Part shown: piece after piece, positions 10,998 to 20,359 of the stretch
Layout: each line of letters begins with the position of its first letter
How positions within the stretch are numbered: position 1 is the stretch's first letter
NCBI GenBank assembly: GCA_049860595.1
Contig: CP187551.1
Source of the DNA: Methanocaldococcus sp. 16A
GTDB taxonomy: Archaea; AGJL01; Methanococci; Methanococcales; Methanocaldococcaceae
DNA length: 64,000 nt
Strand: one strand, 5' to 3'
Translations under genes and position numbers: made by a program
The notes under the pieces: generated by a model
What the model was told of the DNA's origin: nothing
Databases searched by the model: none
What the model saw: only the letters and a program-made list of their open reading frames with translations

Positions 10998-11498
10998 ATG
11001 GTTACTAATGTTCCAGTAGTAGTTGCTATGACAGAACCTCTATTTATTAGACGCTCTATATCTGCTTATGAAGCTATGAAGATGATGATGAATAAAGGAA
11101 AAAGATACTGTATTCTCCTTGATGAAAATAACACTCCTGTGGGGATACTAACAATAACTGATATTATAAAGCATATACTCTTAGAAAGAGCAAATCCAGA
11201 AAATGTTAAAGTTTATGAAATAGCTACAAAAAAAATTATAACTATTTCTCCAGATACCTCAATAGAGGAAGCGTTAGAAATTATGAAAAAATATGGAGTG
11301 TCAAAATTACCAATAGTAGATAAAGGAAAAATCGTTGGAATTGTAACCGAAAATGAATTAATAGAACTTCTACCATATATAATTGACCCTTTAAAAGAAC
11401 TTGTAGATTATTTAATAGGAATAATTAATAGTGAATTGCAAGAATCAAACAAGAAAAAAGATGTTAAAAAAATGTTATTAAAAGTTTGTAATAAATGA
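10998..11498 (+). CDS. CBS-pair protein with C-terminal helix
   Basis: Two CBS repeats (VGILTITDII; LPIVDKGKIVGIVTENEL). Confidence 0.85.
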   Translation: MVTNVPVVVAMTEPLFIRRSISAYEAMKMMMNKGKRYCILLDENNTPVGILTITDIIKHILLERANPENVKVYEIATKKIITISPDTSIEEALEIMKKYGVSKLPIVDKGKIVGIVTENELIELLPYIIDPLKELVDYLIGIINSELQESNKKKDVKKMLLKVCNK

Positions 11499-11622
11499 AT
11501 AATAGCATAAAAATAAAAAAATAAAATTTTAAATACTTTCATCTAAATTTATAATTCCTTAAAGGAGAGCTTCTTAGCGACACTAATGGAAAAAATTATA
11601 ATTCATTACTTACTGTGAGATT

Positions 11623-11970
11623 ATGAAGATGGTTGTAGTTATAAGAAATGATTTAGGTATGGGAAAAGGAAAAATGGTAGCCCAAGGAGGGCATGCGATA
11701 ATAGAAGCTTTCTTAAATGCTAAGAAGATGAATCCAAAAGCTGTTGAGGAATGGCTAAGAGAGGGACAGAAAAAAGTAGTAGTTAAAGTAAATTCTGAAA
11801 AGGAGTTAATAGATATTTATAACAAAGCAAAAAGTGAAGGTTTACCTTGTTCAATAATTAGAGATGCTGGGCATACACAATTAGAGCCAGGAACTTTAAC
11901 TGCTGTTGCTATAGGTCCAGAAAAGGATGAAGAGATAGATAAAATTACAGGACATTTAAAACTTTTATAA
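11623..11970 (+). CDS. pth2: Peptidyl-tRNA hydrolase Pth2
   Basis: [31 protein letters not shown]. Confidence 0.96.
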   Translation: MKMVVVIRNDLGMGKGKMVAQGGHAIIEAFLNAKKMNPKAVEEWLREGQKKVVVKVNSEKELIDIYNKAKSEGLPCSIIRDAGHTQLEPGTLTAVAIGPEKDEEIDKITGHLKLL

Positions 11971-11999
11971 AAATAGATTTATTCTTTATTTTGCTTATT

Positions 12000-12668
12000 T
12001 TATTTATTTATTGCGTGTTTAAATGCTTTAAATCCACCTATTAATCTTTTAACATTAAAACCTAATAGTTGTAAAATTAAAGCCATTGTTTGACTTCTCA
12101 TTCCTCCTCTTGCACAGAAAACAACAATTAATTTATCTCTATCAAGTTTTTTTGCTTTATTTAAAATCCTTTTTAATCCTTTCTCAATAATATCTGTAGC
12201 TACATCCATAGCTTTTTCTCTACCTTCCTGTTTATACACTCTTCCAATTAACGCATGCTCTTCATCTAAAAATAAAGGAATATTTATGGCTCCTGGGATT
12301 GTATCTTCCTTATATTCTCTTGGACTTCTTGTATCTACTATAATAACATCTTCATTATCCATTAATTTCAAAAGGTCATTAACGGTTATAGTATTTTTAA
12401 CAAACTCTCCACCAATTGACTTTAAAAACTTATTTATATTAATTCTTTCAAAGTATATATCATAGTTTTTAAATTTTTTTACACCAACCTTTTTATCATT
12501 TAAAAATTCTTTAGAAGCGTTTAATATAAAAGAAGCTAGCTCTCCCTCAATTTTTCCAGCTAATATTTTTTTACCATTTGTTATCATCTTCCTCCCATCA
12601 TTTAAAACAATGCATAAAACTACATCTTCTGTAAATGTTATTAGCCGAGCTAAAATTTCCTCGTCCAT
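12000..12668 (-). CDS. Split tRNA 2-selenouridine synthase, rhodanese subunit
   Basis: [25 protein letters not shown]. Confidence 0.85.
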   Translation of the reverse strand: MDEEILARLITFTEDVVLCIVLNDGRKMITNGKKILAGKIEGELASFILNASKEFLNDKKVGVKKFKNYDIYFERININKFLKSIGGEFVKNTITVNDLLKLMDNEDVIIVDTRSPREYKEDTIPGAINIPLFLDEEHALIGRVYKQEGREKAMDVATDIIEKGLKRILNKAKKLDRDKLIVVFCARGGMRSQTMALILQLLGFNVKRLIGGFKAFKHAINK

Positions 12669-12678
12669 GTTTTCTCCC

Positions 12679-13335
12679 TCAAATTAAACCATGTTCTTTT
12701 AATTTTTCTTTGATGAATTTATCAATTATTTTAGCTGATTTCTTAACATCTTCATTATAAATTACTAAATCAGGTTTTATTTTCTTCACATTTCTCATAT
12801 AATGCTCTCTATATAGTTTTTCTTCAATTAATTTTGCTGCTTCGTAGTATTTATCTTGTTTTATAAGTTCAATGATTTTTTCAACTGCCTCAACGATTTC
12901 TGGCTTTTTAAAACTTCCCCTCAATATCAAAAATTTGTTTATCAAAATTTCTTTCTCTTTTTCATTTTTTGGCTTATAAATAGAGACTAATCTGCTTATT
13001 TGACACTCATAAGGACAGTCTATTAAGATTTTGTAGGTATAGTTTTTAATATCTGCCAACAATTCAGGAATTTTTAATTTTTTCTCTCCACCAATCTTTC
13101 TTCCTTCATATTCAACCACTGCATAGCCAAATTTTTTAGCTTTTTCAATCTCTTTATTTATGAGCTCATCAAACTCTTCTTGGCTTCTCATACTTAAGTG
13201 ATATAAATCTCCCAAAATACTACCTCTTGTTCTTGCAATTTCTTCAATATCAATAACAGGATGGTGTTTTTTTAATTCTTGTAATATTTCTGTCTTTCCA
13301 CAACCTGTTTTTCCAAATAATCCAAAGATAATCAT
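12679..13335 (-). CDS. Split tRNA 2-selenouridine synthase, P-loop subunit
   Basis: [28 protein letters not shown]; adjacent to rhodanese subunit. Confidence 0.85.
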   Translation of the reverse strand: MIIFGLFGKTGCGKTEILQELKKHHPVIDIEEIARTRGSILGDLYHLSMRSQEEFDELINKEIEKAKKFGYAVVEYEGRKIGGEKKLKIPELLADIKNYTYKILIDCPYECQISRLVSIYKPKNEKEKEILINKFLILRGSFKKPEIVEAVEKIIELIKQDKYYEAAKLIEEKLYREHYMRNVKKIKPDLVIYNEDVKKSAKIIDKFIKEKLKEHGLI

Positions 13336-13469
13336 AGTTTCACCGCTATATCTATCACACATTTTGGTATAAATATGTTATTAAAAATATTGATAAATAC
13401 AAACTCTTTGTTTTGATGTAAATAACAATAATAGAAATAAAAATAAAAGAAATAAAGTAAAAACAAAAA

Positions 13470-15485
13470 TCATTTTTTAACTATCTCACAACCTCCAGGA
13501 GGAAGTACTCTTAAAATGTCTTCATCATCAACATCATAATCTTTAAATATCTCTTTAAGCTCTTTAACAACCTTTCCTTTCTCTTTATTACCAGGTTTTA
13601 ATAGAACCCACTTAATAAAGCTCTTTTGTAAAGTTTTTGGTGGAGCTGTTGTAATTTTTAAAGAGCCATCATATTCAATAATTCCAATACCCAACTCTAA
13701 TGGTGTGTTCCTATAATAATGTCTCTCTCCTCTAATTACAAACGCCCCTCTTTTTAAATACTCCCCACTTTCAGCTGTTTTTGATATCTGTTCAGGTTTA
13801 ACCCAGTAAGTGTCTATAGCCCCATATCCAAGCTTCCAAGCCCTTGAATGGGAGACAGAAAATTTAGCAACCTCTTCTAATGTTTCTTCATCAACCTCTC
13901 TACCATTTGTTTTTATGACTGTGAATGGAGCTCCTTGAATATCTGCGTGGAATACAATATCATCTTTATCAGTGTATTTTTTAATAATAATCTCGTTTGT
14001 TATTGCATCCTTTCCAGCAATTACTAAAAATCCATTGATAACAGTCCATTTAAACTTCTCATACCATTTTCTCTCTTTTCTAACTTTTTTCTTCATCTGC
14101 ATTTCTTCTTTTTCTTTTAACTCTTCTTCACCTTTCTTTTTAAGCTCTTCTATTTTCTTCTTGGTTAATTCGATGGCCTTTTCTATTCCTTCAATTTTAC
14201 CTCTAAGCTTCTTAGCTTTTTCATAATAGCTTTCAGCATTTTCAAAGGCATTTTTCCTTATATCTAAAGAAACTCTCTCCTCTATAACCTTATCATCAAC
14301 TTCTGCCTTTAGTCTAATAACTATTTCCCCAACATTCTCATTTATATTCTCAATCAATCCTAAGATTGGATGCTCTTTATTTTCTCTAATTATTTTTTTA
14401 ATTTTTGCCCATTCCATTTTTTCTCTTGCCTGCCTTATAGCATTTAATAGCTCTTCAACAATTTGATAGTTGGCATAAATTAAATCCCCTTTAATTTGGT
14501 TTTTCTCTGCATCTTCTTTATACTTCCTCAAAGTTTCTAACTGCCTTTTTAATATATTTTCTTGTTTTTCAATTTCTCTCTCTAATTTTGATTTTTCTTT
14601 TTTAACTACAACGTTTGTTAAAAATTTGGCAAAGTAGTCATCAACCGCCTCTAAAAAACTATTATAATACTTTTTCTCCAAATCTTGATATTTTTTTAAA
14701 TCAATAGGCACAACATCAAAGTATTCGTTATCTTTTAAAACAATTTGTGGCTTTCTATTGTTAAATATTTCATTAAATAGATTTTTAGAAGCTTCAAACA
14801 ACTTTTTAATCTCCTCTTCATTTAAATCTTTCTTTTTCTTATCTATTCCTGCCCTTTCACAAATCTCTTCAGCATAAAGCCCTCCAATACCAAAAACTCT
14901 TGATATTAATCTAACACATTCTACACCTTTATTATTTAAGAAGTAGTCTCTAAATACCTCATAAGCTATAGAAAAATCTAAATTATATGGATTTAATGGC
15001 TTTTGTGGAGGGAACTTATACTTTTCCTTAGGAACTATATTTCTTGTGCTCCATCTCTCCACTCTAAGCGGAGCTATAATTGTATCTTCACTATTCAAAA
15101 ATATAACATTCCCTTCACCAAATAGCTCAGCAACTAATTTATAAATTCCCTCTTTTGTTTCAAAATACATTATAATTATTCTATCAAAATTTACTTGCTC
15201 AATTTTGATTAATTTGGCATTCTTTAAATATTTTCTTAATAGCATGGCAAAAGATGGTGGAAGTTTTGGCTTTTCCCTTTCATAATTTGTTAAAGTTATA
15301 TATTTGTATTTACCAATACTTATAACAAGCTCTCTACTCCCACCTTCAGGAACATGGATTTTTAATATCAATTCTTTATTCTGCTCATTATCAATTAAAA
15401 ATGCCTTATCCAACCTACCATTAACCAAGTTCTGTAATTCATTTACAACACAACATACATCAACATTAGTCATCTCGCTTTTCAT
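13470..15485 (-). CDS. rqcH: Ribosome quality control factor RqcH/Rqc2 (NFACT)
   Basis: FAMLLRKYL, QVNFDRI, ELFGEGN, WYEKFKW, FHADIQGAP. Confidence 0.93.
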   Translation of the reverse strand: MKSEMTNVDVCCVVNELQNLVNGRLDKAFLIDNEQNKELILKIHVPEGGSRELVISIGKYKYITLTNYEREKPKLPPSFAMLLRKYLKNAKLIKIEQVNFDRIIIMYFETKEGIYKLVAELFGEGNVIFLNSEDTIIAPLRVERWSTRNIVPKEKYKFPPQKPLNPYNLDFSIAYEVFRDYFLNNKGVECVRLISRVFGIGGLYAEEICERAGIDKKKKDLNEEEIKKLFEASKNLFNEIFNNRKPQIVLKDNEYFDVVPIDLKKYQDLEKKYYNSFLEAVDDYFAKFLTNVVVKKEKSKLEREIEKQENILKRQLETLRKYKEDAEKNQIKGDLIYANYQIVEELLNAIRQAREKMEWAKIKKIIRENKEHPILGLIENINENVGEIVIRLKAEVDDKVIEERVSLDIRKNAFENAESYYEKAKKLRGKIEGIEKAIELTKKKIEELKKKGEEELKEKEEMQMKKKVRKERKWYEKFKWTVINGFLVIAGKDAITNEIIIKKYTDKDDIVFHADIQGAPFTVIKTNGREVDEETLEEVAKFSVSHSRAWKLGYGAIDTYWVKPEQISKTAESGEYLKRGAFVIRGERHYYRNTPLELGIGIIEYDGSLKITTAPPKTLQKSFIKWVLLKPGNKEKGKVVKELKEIFKDYDVDDEDILRVLPPGGCEIVKK

Positions 15486-15507
15486 AATTTCACCAGAAAA
15501 GTTTATT

Positions 15508-15621
15508 TATAGTTGTGTGCAAAAGTGTTTATAATGAATAAGGTATTAGTGAATGTCTTCCTTTTGAAAGATATTCAAATTTTCCTTCTATAAAGTTTAG
15601 TTTATTTTGCACACAACTATA
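15508..15621. repeat. Palindromic MITE-like element, family B, copy 2
   Basis: TATAGTTGTGTGCAAAA/TTTTGCACACAACTATA ends; body very similar to 6759-6871. Confidence 0.9.
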
Positions 15622-15678
15622 TTTTTCCTGTGATAATAATATCAATAAATATTAATCATACATAATATTTGTGATAAC

Positions 15679-17748
15679 ATGAAAAAGGAAGAGTTTTTAA
15701 AATATTTAAGGCAAGGTAAATATGACAAATTATCTAAGTTAATTAATAATAATCCTGATATTTTAAGTTTTTTAGATGAATTATTTATTAGCAACGAAAA
15801 AGATGATATTAGGAGGGCTTTATTAGTTTTAAAAAGGTTAAATAATAAACTAATTGAAAGATATTTATTTTATATAATCTCAGCTCTAAATGAAAAAAAA
15901 TCTATATCTAAAGAAGCGGAAGAGATATTAAAAAAGATAAGTAATAAAGAGAATGTTGAAGAAGCAATAATTGAAATTACAAAAAAACATTTGGATGAAA
16001 AGATTATTTACCTATTTATAAAAAATATGGAATATGATAATGTATTTTTTAGAGCCATTCTTGAATATACAAAAACTAAAAATATAAATGAAGGAATAAA
16101 AGTTTTATTAAAAAATTATAATTCAGATGAGATATTAAAAATCTTGGCTAATAAGCTATATTCTCAAAAAAAGGATGAGAAAGAGTTTGTATTAGATATA
16201 TTGTTAAATATAGTTGATTCCTTAGATGATAAACAAAAAGATATCTTGAAGCGTTGTTTAAATCTAACCTTGTTAGGAGATGAAAGCAAAAGACTATACA
16301 AAAAATTTAAACAATTATTTGGGAAATTAAATATTCAAGTGAAATTTTCAAATGAACAAATAAAATCACTATTAAAATCACATGGAAAAACTGCTTTGAA
16401 TATAATTTTAAGAGAGAATATTGAAATTCCATCTAATTTTTATGATAGAGAGTTTTTAAGAGAGTTTTTATATACTGGAAATGAAGAACATCAGTTTGTT
16501 GGGGTTAAATTAATATCTTTAAAGAAAGATTCAAAAAATAAGGTTGATTTATTATTTAAATTTTTAAATTATGGGTATGGAAAAGCAAAGACCTCTGCCA
16601 TAAGAGAACTTAAAAAAATAGCTCAAAATAATGATGATTTAAGAGATTATATTGAAAATAAAGCGTTGATGTATGCAAAAAAAATGAATTTGAGTTTAAA
16701 AATTTCATCTCTAAGAATATTAAAGGAGTTTGCTAAGAGAGAACATTTAATGTTTTTAATTAATGAGCATAAAAGATTGAAAGAGCTAATTTATAAATTA
16801 GATGAAGAGAAGTTTATGGGCGGATTTAGACATATGTTAATGATGGAAGAGGAAATAAGGAAGTGTAGAGTAGCTATGGGATTGATAGAAGAGATTGTGG
16901 CTGAGATTTGTGTAAAATATGATATTCACTATAGTAGTTTAAGAATTTCTGAAAAACTTGGCTATGAGTTTTATAAAACGATAGAGTTAATAGGAGCTAA
17001 AAATTTAGATTTAATAAATATACATGAGTTTTTAGAGGATGTTAGAAGACATGGGGAACTTATAGTTCATTTAGCGGGGATTGTAAGTAATAATAAAATA
17101 AACGATGATTTAGCTAAAGAAATTTTAGAAGTAATTGAAAAAGTAGATATGGAAGATAAAGATTTATTAAATGCAAATAAAATCATGATTTATGCCTCTT
17201 TAAATAGAGTGGATAAAATTGGAGAAATTATGAATATGGCTGTTGGCTATTATTCAAAATTAGCTTTTATCAATGCAGTTAAAAAGTTTATTAGTGAAAA
17301 TCTTTTAGATGTTGAGATGATAAATCTACTAATCCCAAAAATTGCTGAGATGATATATGCAACAAAAAAATTAAGGTTAATGGCTTTAGAATTTTTTAAA
17401 GACTATCCTAATGAGCTTGTTATTCCAATACTAATTAATGAAATTGGAAATTATAGGGGAGAAGAAAAGATAATGATAGAAGTTATTTCAAACGCTATAT
17501 TTAAATATCCGAATAGCATACATAATATTAGGGATTTATTAAATACTGATAAAAGGAGAACTTGCTTAAAGATAATGCTCAAAGTTAGTGAAGGAAAGCC
17601 TGAGCTTTTAGAGGATTATATATATTTACTTGCATCAATGTATAGTTCTGCAGAGGTAGAGGATAAAAAATTAATAAAGAAGATTTTGAAAAATATTTGT
17701 AAAGAAGAGCAAAAATCTATTTTAGAGCCTATTGTTGGTAAGCTATAA
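15679..17748 (+). CDS. Large alpha-helical (HEAT/ARM-like) hypothetical protein
   Basis: 689 aa, repeated helical pairs such as DDIRRALLVL, KAKTSAIRELK; no catalytic motif seen. Confidence 0.65.
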   Translation: MKKEEFLKYLRQGKYDKLSKLINNNPDILSFLDELFISNEKDDIRRALLVLKRLNNKLIERYLFYIISALNEKKSISKEAEEILKKISNKENVEEAIIEITKKHLDEKIIYLFIKNMEYDNVFFRAILEYTKTKNINEGIKVLLKNYNSDEILKILANKLYSQKKDEKEFVLDILLNIVDSLDDKQKDILKRCLNLTLLGDESKRLYKKFKQLFGKLNIQVKFSNEQIKSLLKSHGKTALNIILRENIEIPSNFYDREFLREFLYTGNEEHQFVGVKLISLKKDSKNKVDLLFKFLNYGYGKAKTSAIRELKKIAQNNDDLRDYIENKALMYAKKMNLSLKISSLRILKEFAKREHLMFLINEHKRLKELIYKLDEEKFMGGFRHMLMMEEEIRKCRVAMGLIEEIVAEICVKYDIHYSSLRISEKLGYEFYKTIELIGAKNLDLINIHEFLEDVRRHGELIVHLAGIVSNNKINDDLAKEILEVIEKVDMEDKDLLNANKIMIYASLNRVDKIGEIMNMAVGYYSKLAFINAVKKFISENLLDVEMINLLIPKIAEMIYATKKLRLMALEFFKDYPNELVIPILINEIGNYRGEEKIMIEVISNAIFKYPNSIHNIRDLLNTDKRRTCLKIMLKVSEGKPELLEDYIYLLASMYSSAEVEDKKLIKKILKNICKEEQKSILEPIVGKL

Positions 17749-17768
17749 ACAATAAAAATTTTTGGAAG

Positions 17769-18164
17769 ATGGATATGAGAAGGGATGAATACTTCGAAAA
17801 ATTGTTGGAAGTTATTGAAGAATTAAAAATTGAAGCAGAAGAGAAACCAATTATTGTTGAAGGTAAAAGAGATGTTGAAAGCTTAGAAAAATTAGGTGTT
17901 GAAGGAACTTTTATTATAATAGCTAAGACACCAGTTTATTTAATAGCTGATGAACTTGTAAGAAGAGGAGTTAAAGAGGTTATTCTATTAACTGACTTTG
18001 ATAGAAGAGGTAGAATGTTAGCTAAGGCAATAGTAGAGGAGTTTAGACATAGAGGAATTAAGGTAAATACAAAAATCAGGCAGGAGATATTTATTTACAC
18101 AAATAGTGGAATTAGAGATATAGAGAGTTTATTTTCCTATGTGAATAAAAGAAGTTTATTTTAA
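17769..18164 (+). CDS. Small TOPRIM-domain protein
   Basis: IIVEGKRD and LLTDFDRRG. Confidence 0.9.
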   Translation: MDMRRDEYFEKLLEVIEELKIEAEEKPIIVEGKRDVESLEKLGVEGTFIIIAKTPVYLIADELVRRGVKEVILLTDFDRRGRMLAKAIVEEFRHRGIKVNTKIRQEIFIYTNSGIRDIESLFSYVNKRSLF

Positions 18165-18165
18165 A

Positions 18166-19551
18166 TTATAAATCAGCTTCTTTTATAGCATCATATAAAG
18201 AATCGCATAGATAAATAATCTCTTCTTCTGTTATTGACAATGGTGGAACTAAGATAACCACATTACCTATAGGTCTCATATAGATACCTTTTTCAAGCAA
18301 TTTTTCAGCAACTCTATAGCCAGCTTTATAACCATAAGGATATGGCTCTTTTGTCTTTTTATCTTTTACAAGCTCTATTCCAACCATAAAACCCCTTCCT
18401 CTAATATCTCCAACATGTTCAAGTTCTTTTAATTTTTTAAGCTCTTTGTGGAAAAGCTTTATTTTTGGCTGGATATTTTCTATCACATTATCTTTTTCAA
18501 AAATTTCCAATGTTGCTAAAGCAGCAGAGCATAAAAGTTGATTTCCAGTGTATGTATGCCCATGATAAAACTGCTTACTCTCTCCAAATTCTCCTAAGAA
18601 TTGATTATAGATTTCATCAGTTGTTAGTGTTGCAGCTAAAGGTAAATAACCTCCAGTTATTCCTTTACCAAGACAAAGGATATCTGGCTTTTCTAATTTT
18701 TTTAGCTCTTCATTATCACAAAAGAACATCTTTCCAGTTCTTCCAAATCCAGTGGCAACTTCATCAAGAATAAAGATTATATCATTCTCCTTACACGCCT
18801 TTGCTACTCCCTCAATATATCCATCTGGAAATGGTATCATTCCAGCAGAGCCCATAACTCCTCCTTCAAGGATAACACAAAATACTTCATCAGCATGCTT
18901 TTCAATTAGATTAATCATCTCATTTAAACATTCCATATTACAGCCTTTTTCGTTTCTCTCATCAGTATCTTTAAAGTTATAGTATTTGCATCTATAACAG
19001 TATGGAGGATTTGCATGATAGCCTTTAAACAAAAGAGGTTTAAATACTCCATGGAATAATTCGCTTCCTCCAACACTCATTGCTCCAAAAGTATCTCCAT
19101 GATAACCCTCTTTAACTGAAATGAATTTAGTTCTTCCTTTATCTCCTCTCAAAACATAATATTGATATGCCATTTTAACTGCAATCTCAACAGCCTCTGC
19201 CCCATCCTCAGAATAAAACACCTTTGTTAAATGCTTTGGAGTAATGTCTATTAATTTTTTTGCTAATAAAATAGAAGGGACGTTTCCACAACCTAAGAGT
19301 GTTGAGTGACAAATCTTTTCAGCCTGATTTTTTATTGCTTCAATAATTTCCCTCCTATTGTGTCCAAATAGATTACACCATATAGATGAAACAGCATCTA
19401 AGTATTTATTTCCATAAATATCAATTAAATAATTTCCTTCCCCTCTCTCTATAATTAAGTTTTTTGATTCCTTATATTCTTTCATTTGTGTATATGGATG
19501 CCAAACATATTCTTTATCCCATTTTTCAAGTAAATTTTTATCAATATTCAT
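18166..19551 (-). CDS. bioA: Adenosylmethionine-8-amino-7-oxononanoate aminotransferase
   Basis: WHPYTQM, YHGDTFG, DEVATGFGRTG, LGKGITGGY, HGHTYTGN. Confidence 0.95.
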   Translation of the reverse strand: MNIDKNLLEKWDKEYVWHPYTQMKEYKESKNLIIERGEGNYLIDIYGNKYLDAVSSIWCNLFGHNRREIIEAIKNQAEKICHSTLLGCGNVPSILLAKKLIDITPKHLTKVFYSEDGAEAVEIAVKMAYQYYVLRGDKGRTKFISVKEGYHGDTFGAMSVGGSELFHGVFKPLLFKGYHANPPYCYRCKYYNFKDTDERNEKGCNMECLNEMINLIEKHADEVFCVILEGGVMGSAGMIPFPDGYIEGVAKACKENDIIFILDEVATGFGRTGKMFFCDNEELKKLEKPDILCLGKGITGGYLPLAATLTTDEIYNQFLGEFGESKQFYHGHTYTGNQLLCSAALATLEIFEKDNVIENIQPKIKLFHKELKKLKELEHVGDIRGRGFMVGIELVKDKKTKEPYPYGYKAGYRVAEKLLEKGIYMRPIGNVVILVPPLSITEEEIIYLCDSLYDAIKEADL

Positions 19552-19552
19552 T

Positions 19553-20203
19553 TTATTCACCTGATAATATTTTTTTAAAGTCAATCACAAAATCTTCTTT
19601 ATTTTTGACGATACCAATTATCTCAATATCCCCAACTTTTTCAATAGTTTCAAAAGTTTTTTCATAATATAAAACTTCACTCAAATCAGTTATGCAGTTA
19701 ATAATAACTCCTCTAACATTGATATTTTTATTCCTCAAATGCTCAATAGTTAGTAAAGTGTGATTTATAGTCCCTAAATTAGGTCTTGAAACTACAACTG
19801 CATCCAAATCCAAAAACTTAATCAAATCACTCATTAAAAAGTTTTCTTTGATAGGGACGCAAACCCCTCCTGCTCCTTCAACAATTAAAAAATCGTATTT
19901 GTTTTTTAAAGTTTTATAGGCATTCATTATTTTCTCTTTTATCTCATCTAAAGTTAAATGAACATTTTCAACTTCAAACGCAATATTTGGAGACAAAGGA
20001 AGTTTTAAATTTATTGGATTCATCAAATCCAAATCATCATCATTCTTTAAGACATTTTTTAAAGTTAAAGTATCTTCCCTCCCTCCAGTCTCAACTGGCT
20101 TTAAATATCCAACATTAACTCCCATTTTTTTCAAATTCTCTGCCAAAATTGATGAAACGTAAGTTTTTCCTACACCTGTATCTGTTCCTGTTACAAATAT
20201 CAT
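19553..20203 (-). CDS. bioD: Dethiobiotin synthase
   Basis: FVTGTDTGVGKT, KPVETG, VEGAGG, LGTINH. Confidence 0.96.
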   Translation of the reverse strand: MIFVTGTDTGVGKTYVSSILAENLKKMGVNVGYLKPVETGGREDTLTLKNVLKNDDDLDLMNPINLKLPLSPNIAFEVENVHLTLDEIKEKIMNAYKTLKNKYDFLIVEGAGGVCVPIKENFLMSDLIKFLDLDAVVVSRPNLGTINHTLLTIEHLRNKNINVRGVIINCITDLSEVLYYEKTFETIEKVGDIEIIGIVKNKEDFVIDFKKILSGE

Positions 20204-20359
20204 GGTATCACTTTTAGATTTTTAAATAGTTGGAGAGCTCTGAAAGTTTCCAATAATTTAAATAATTCTTTTTCGATTTTTGAAAATCTTTTTACATATT
20301 GGTGAGCTCATACTATCGCTAAACACTTATATCCTCATTATGATAATTTTTTGTAAAGG

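Noticed and set aside
12000-13335. Split SelU as a frameshift or novelty
   Set aside because: Two-gene SelU is established in Methanococcales and each part has its own start and RBS
20204-20359. Possible small gene remnant between the KAP gene and bioD
   Set aside because: Short open stretch with no recognisable motif or clear start
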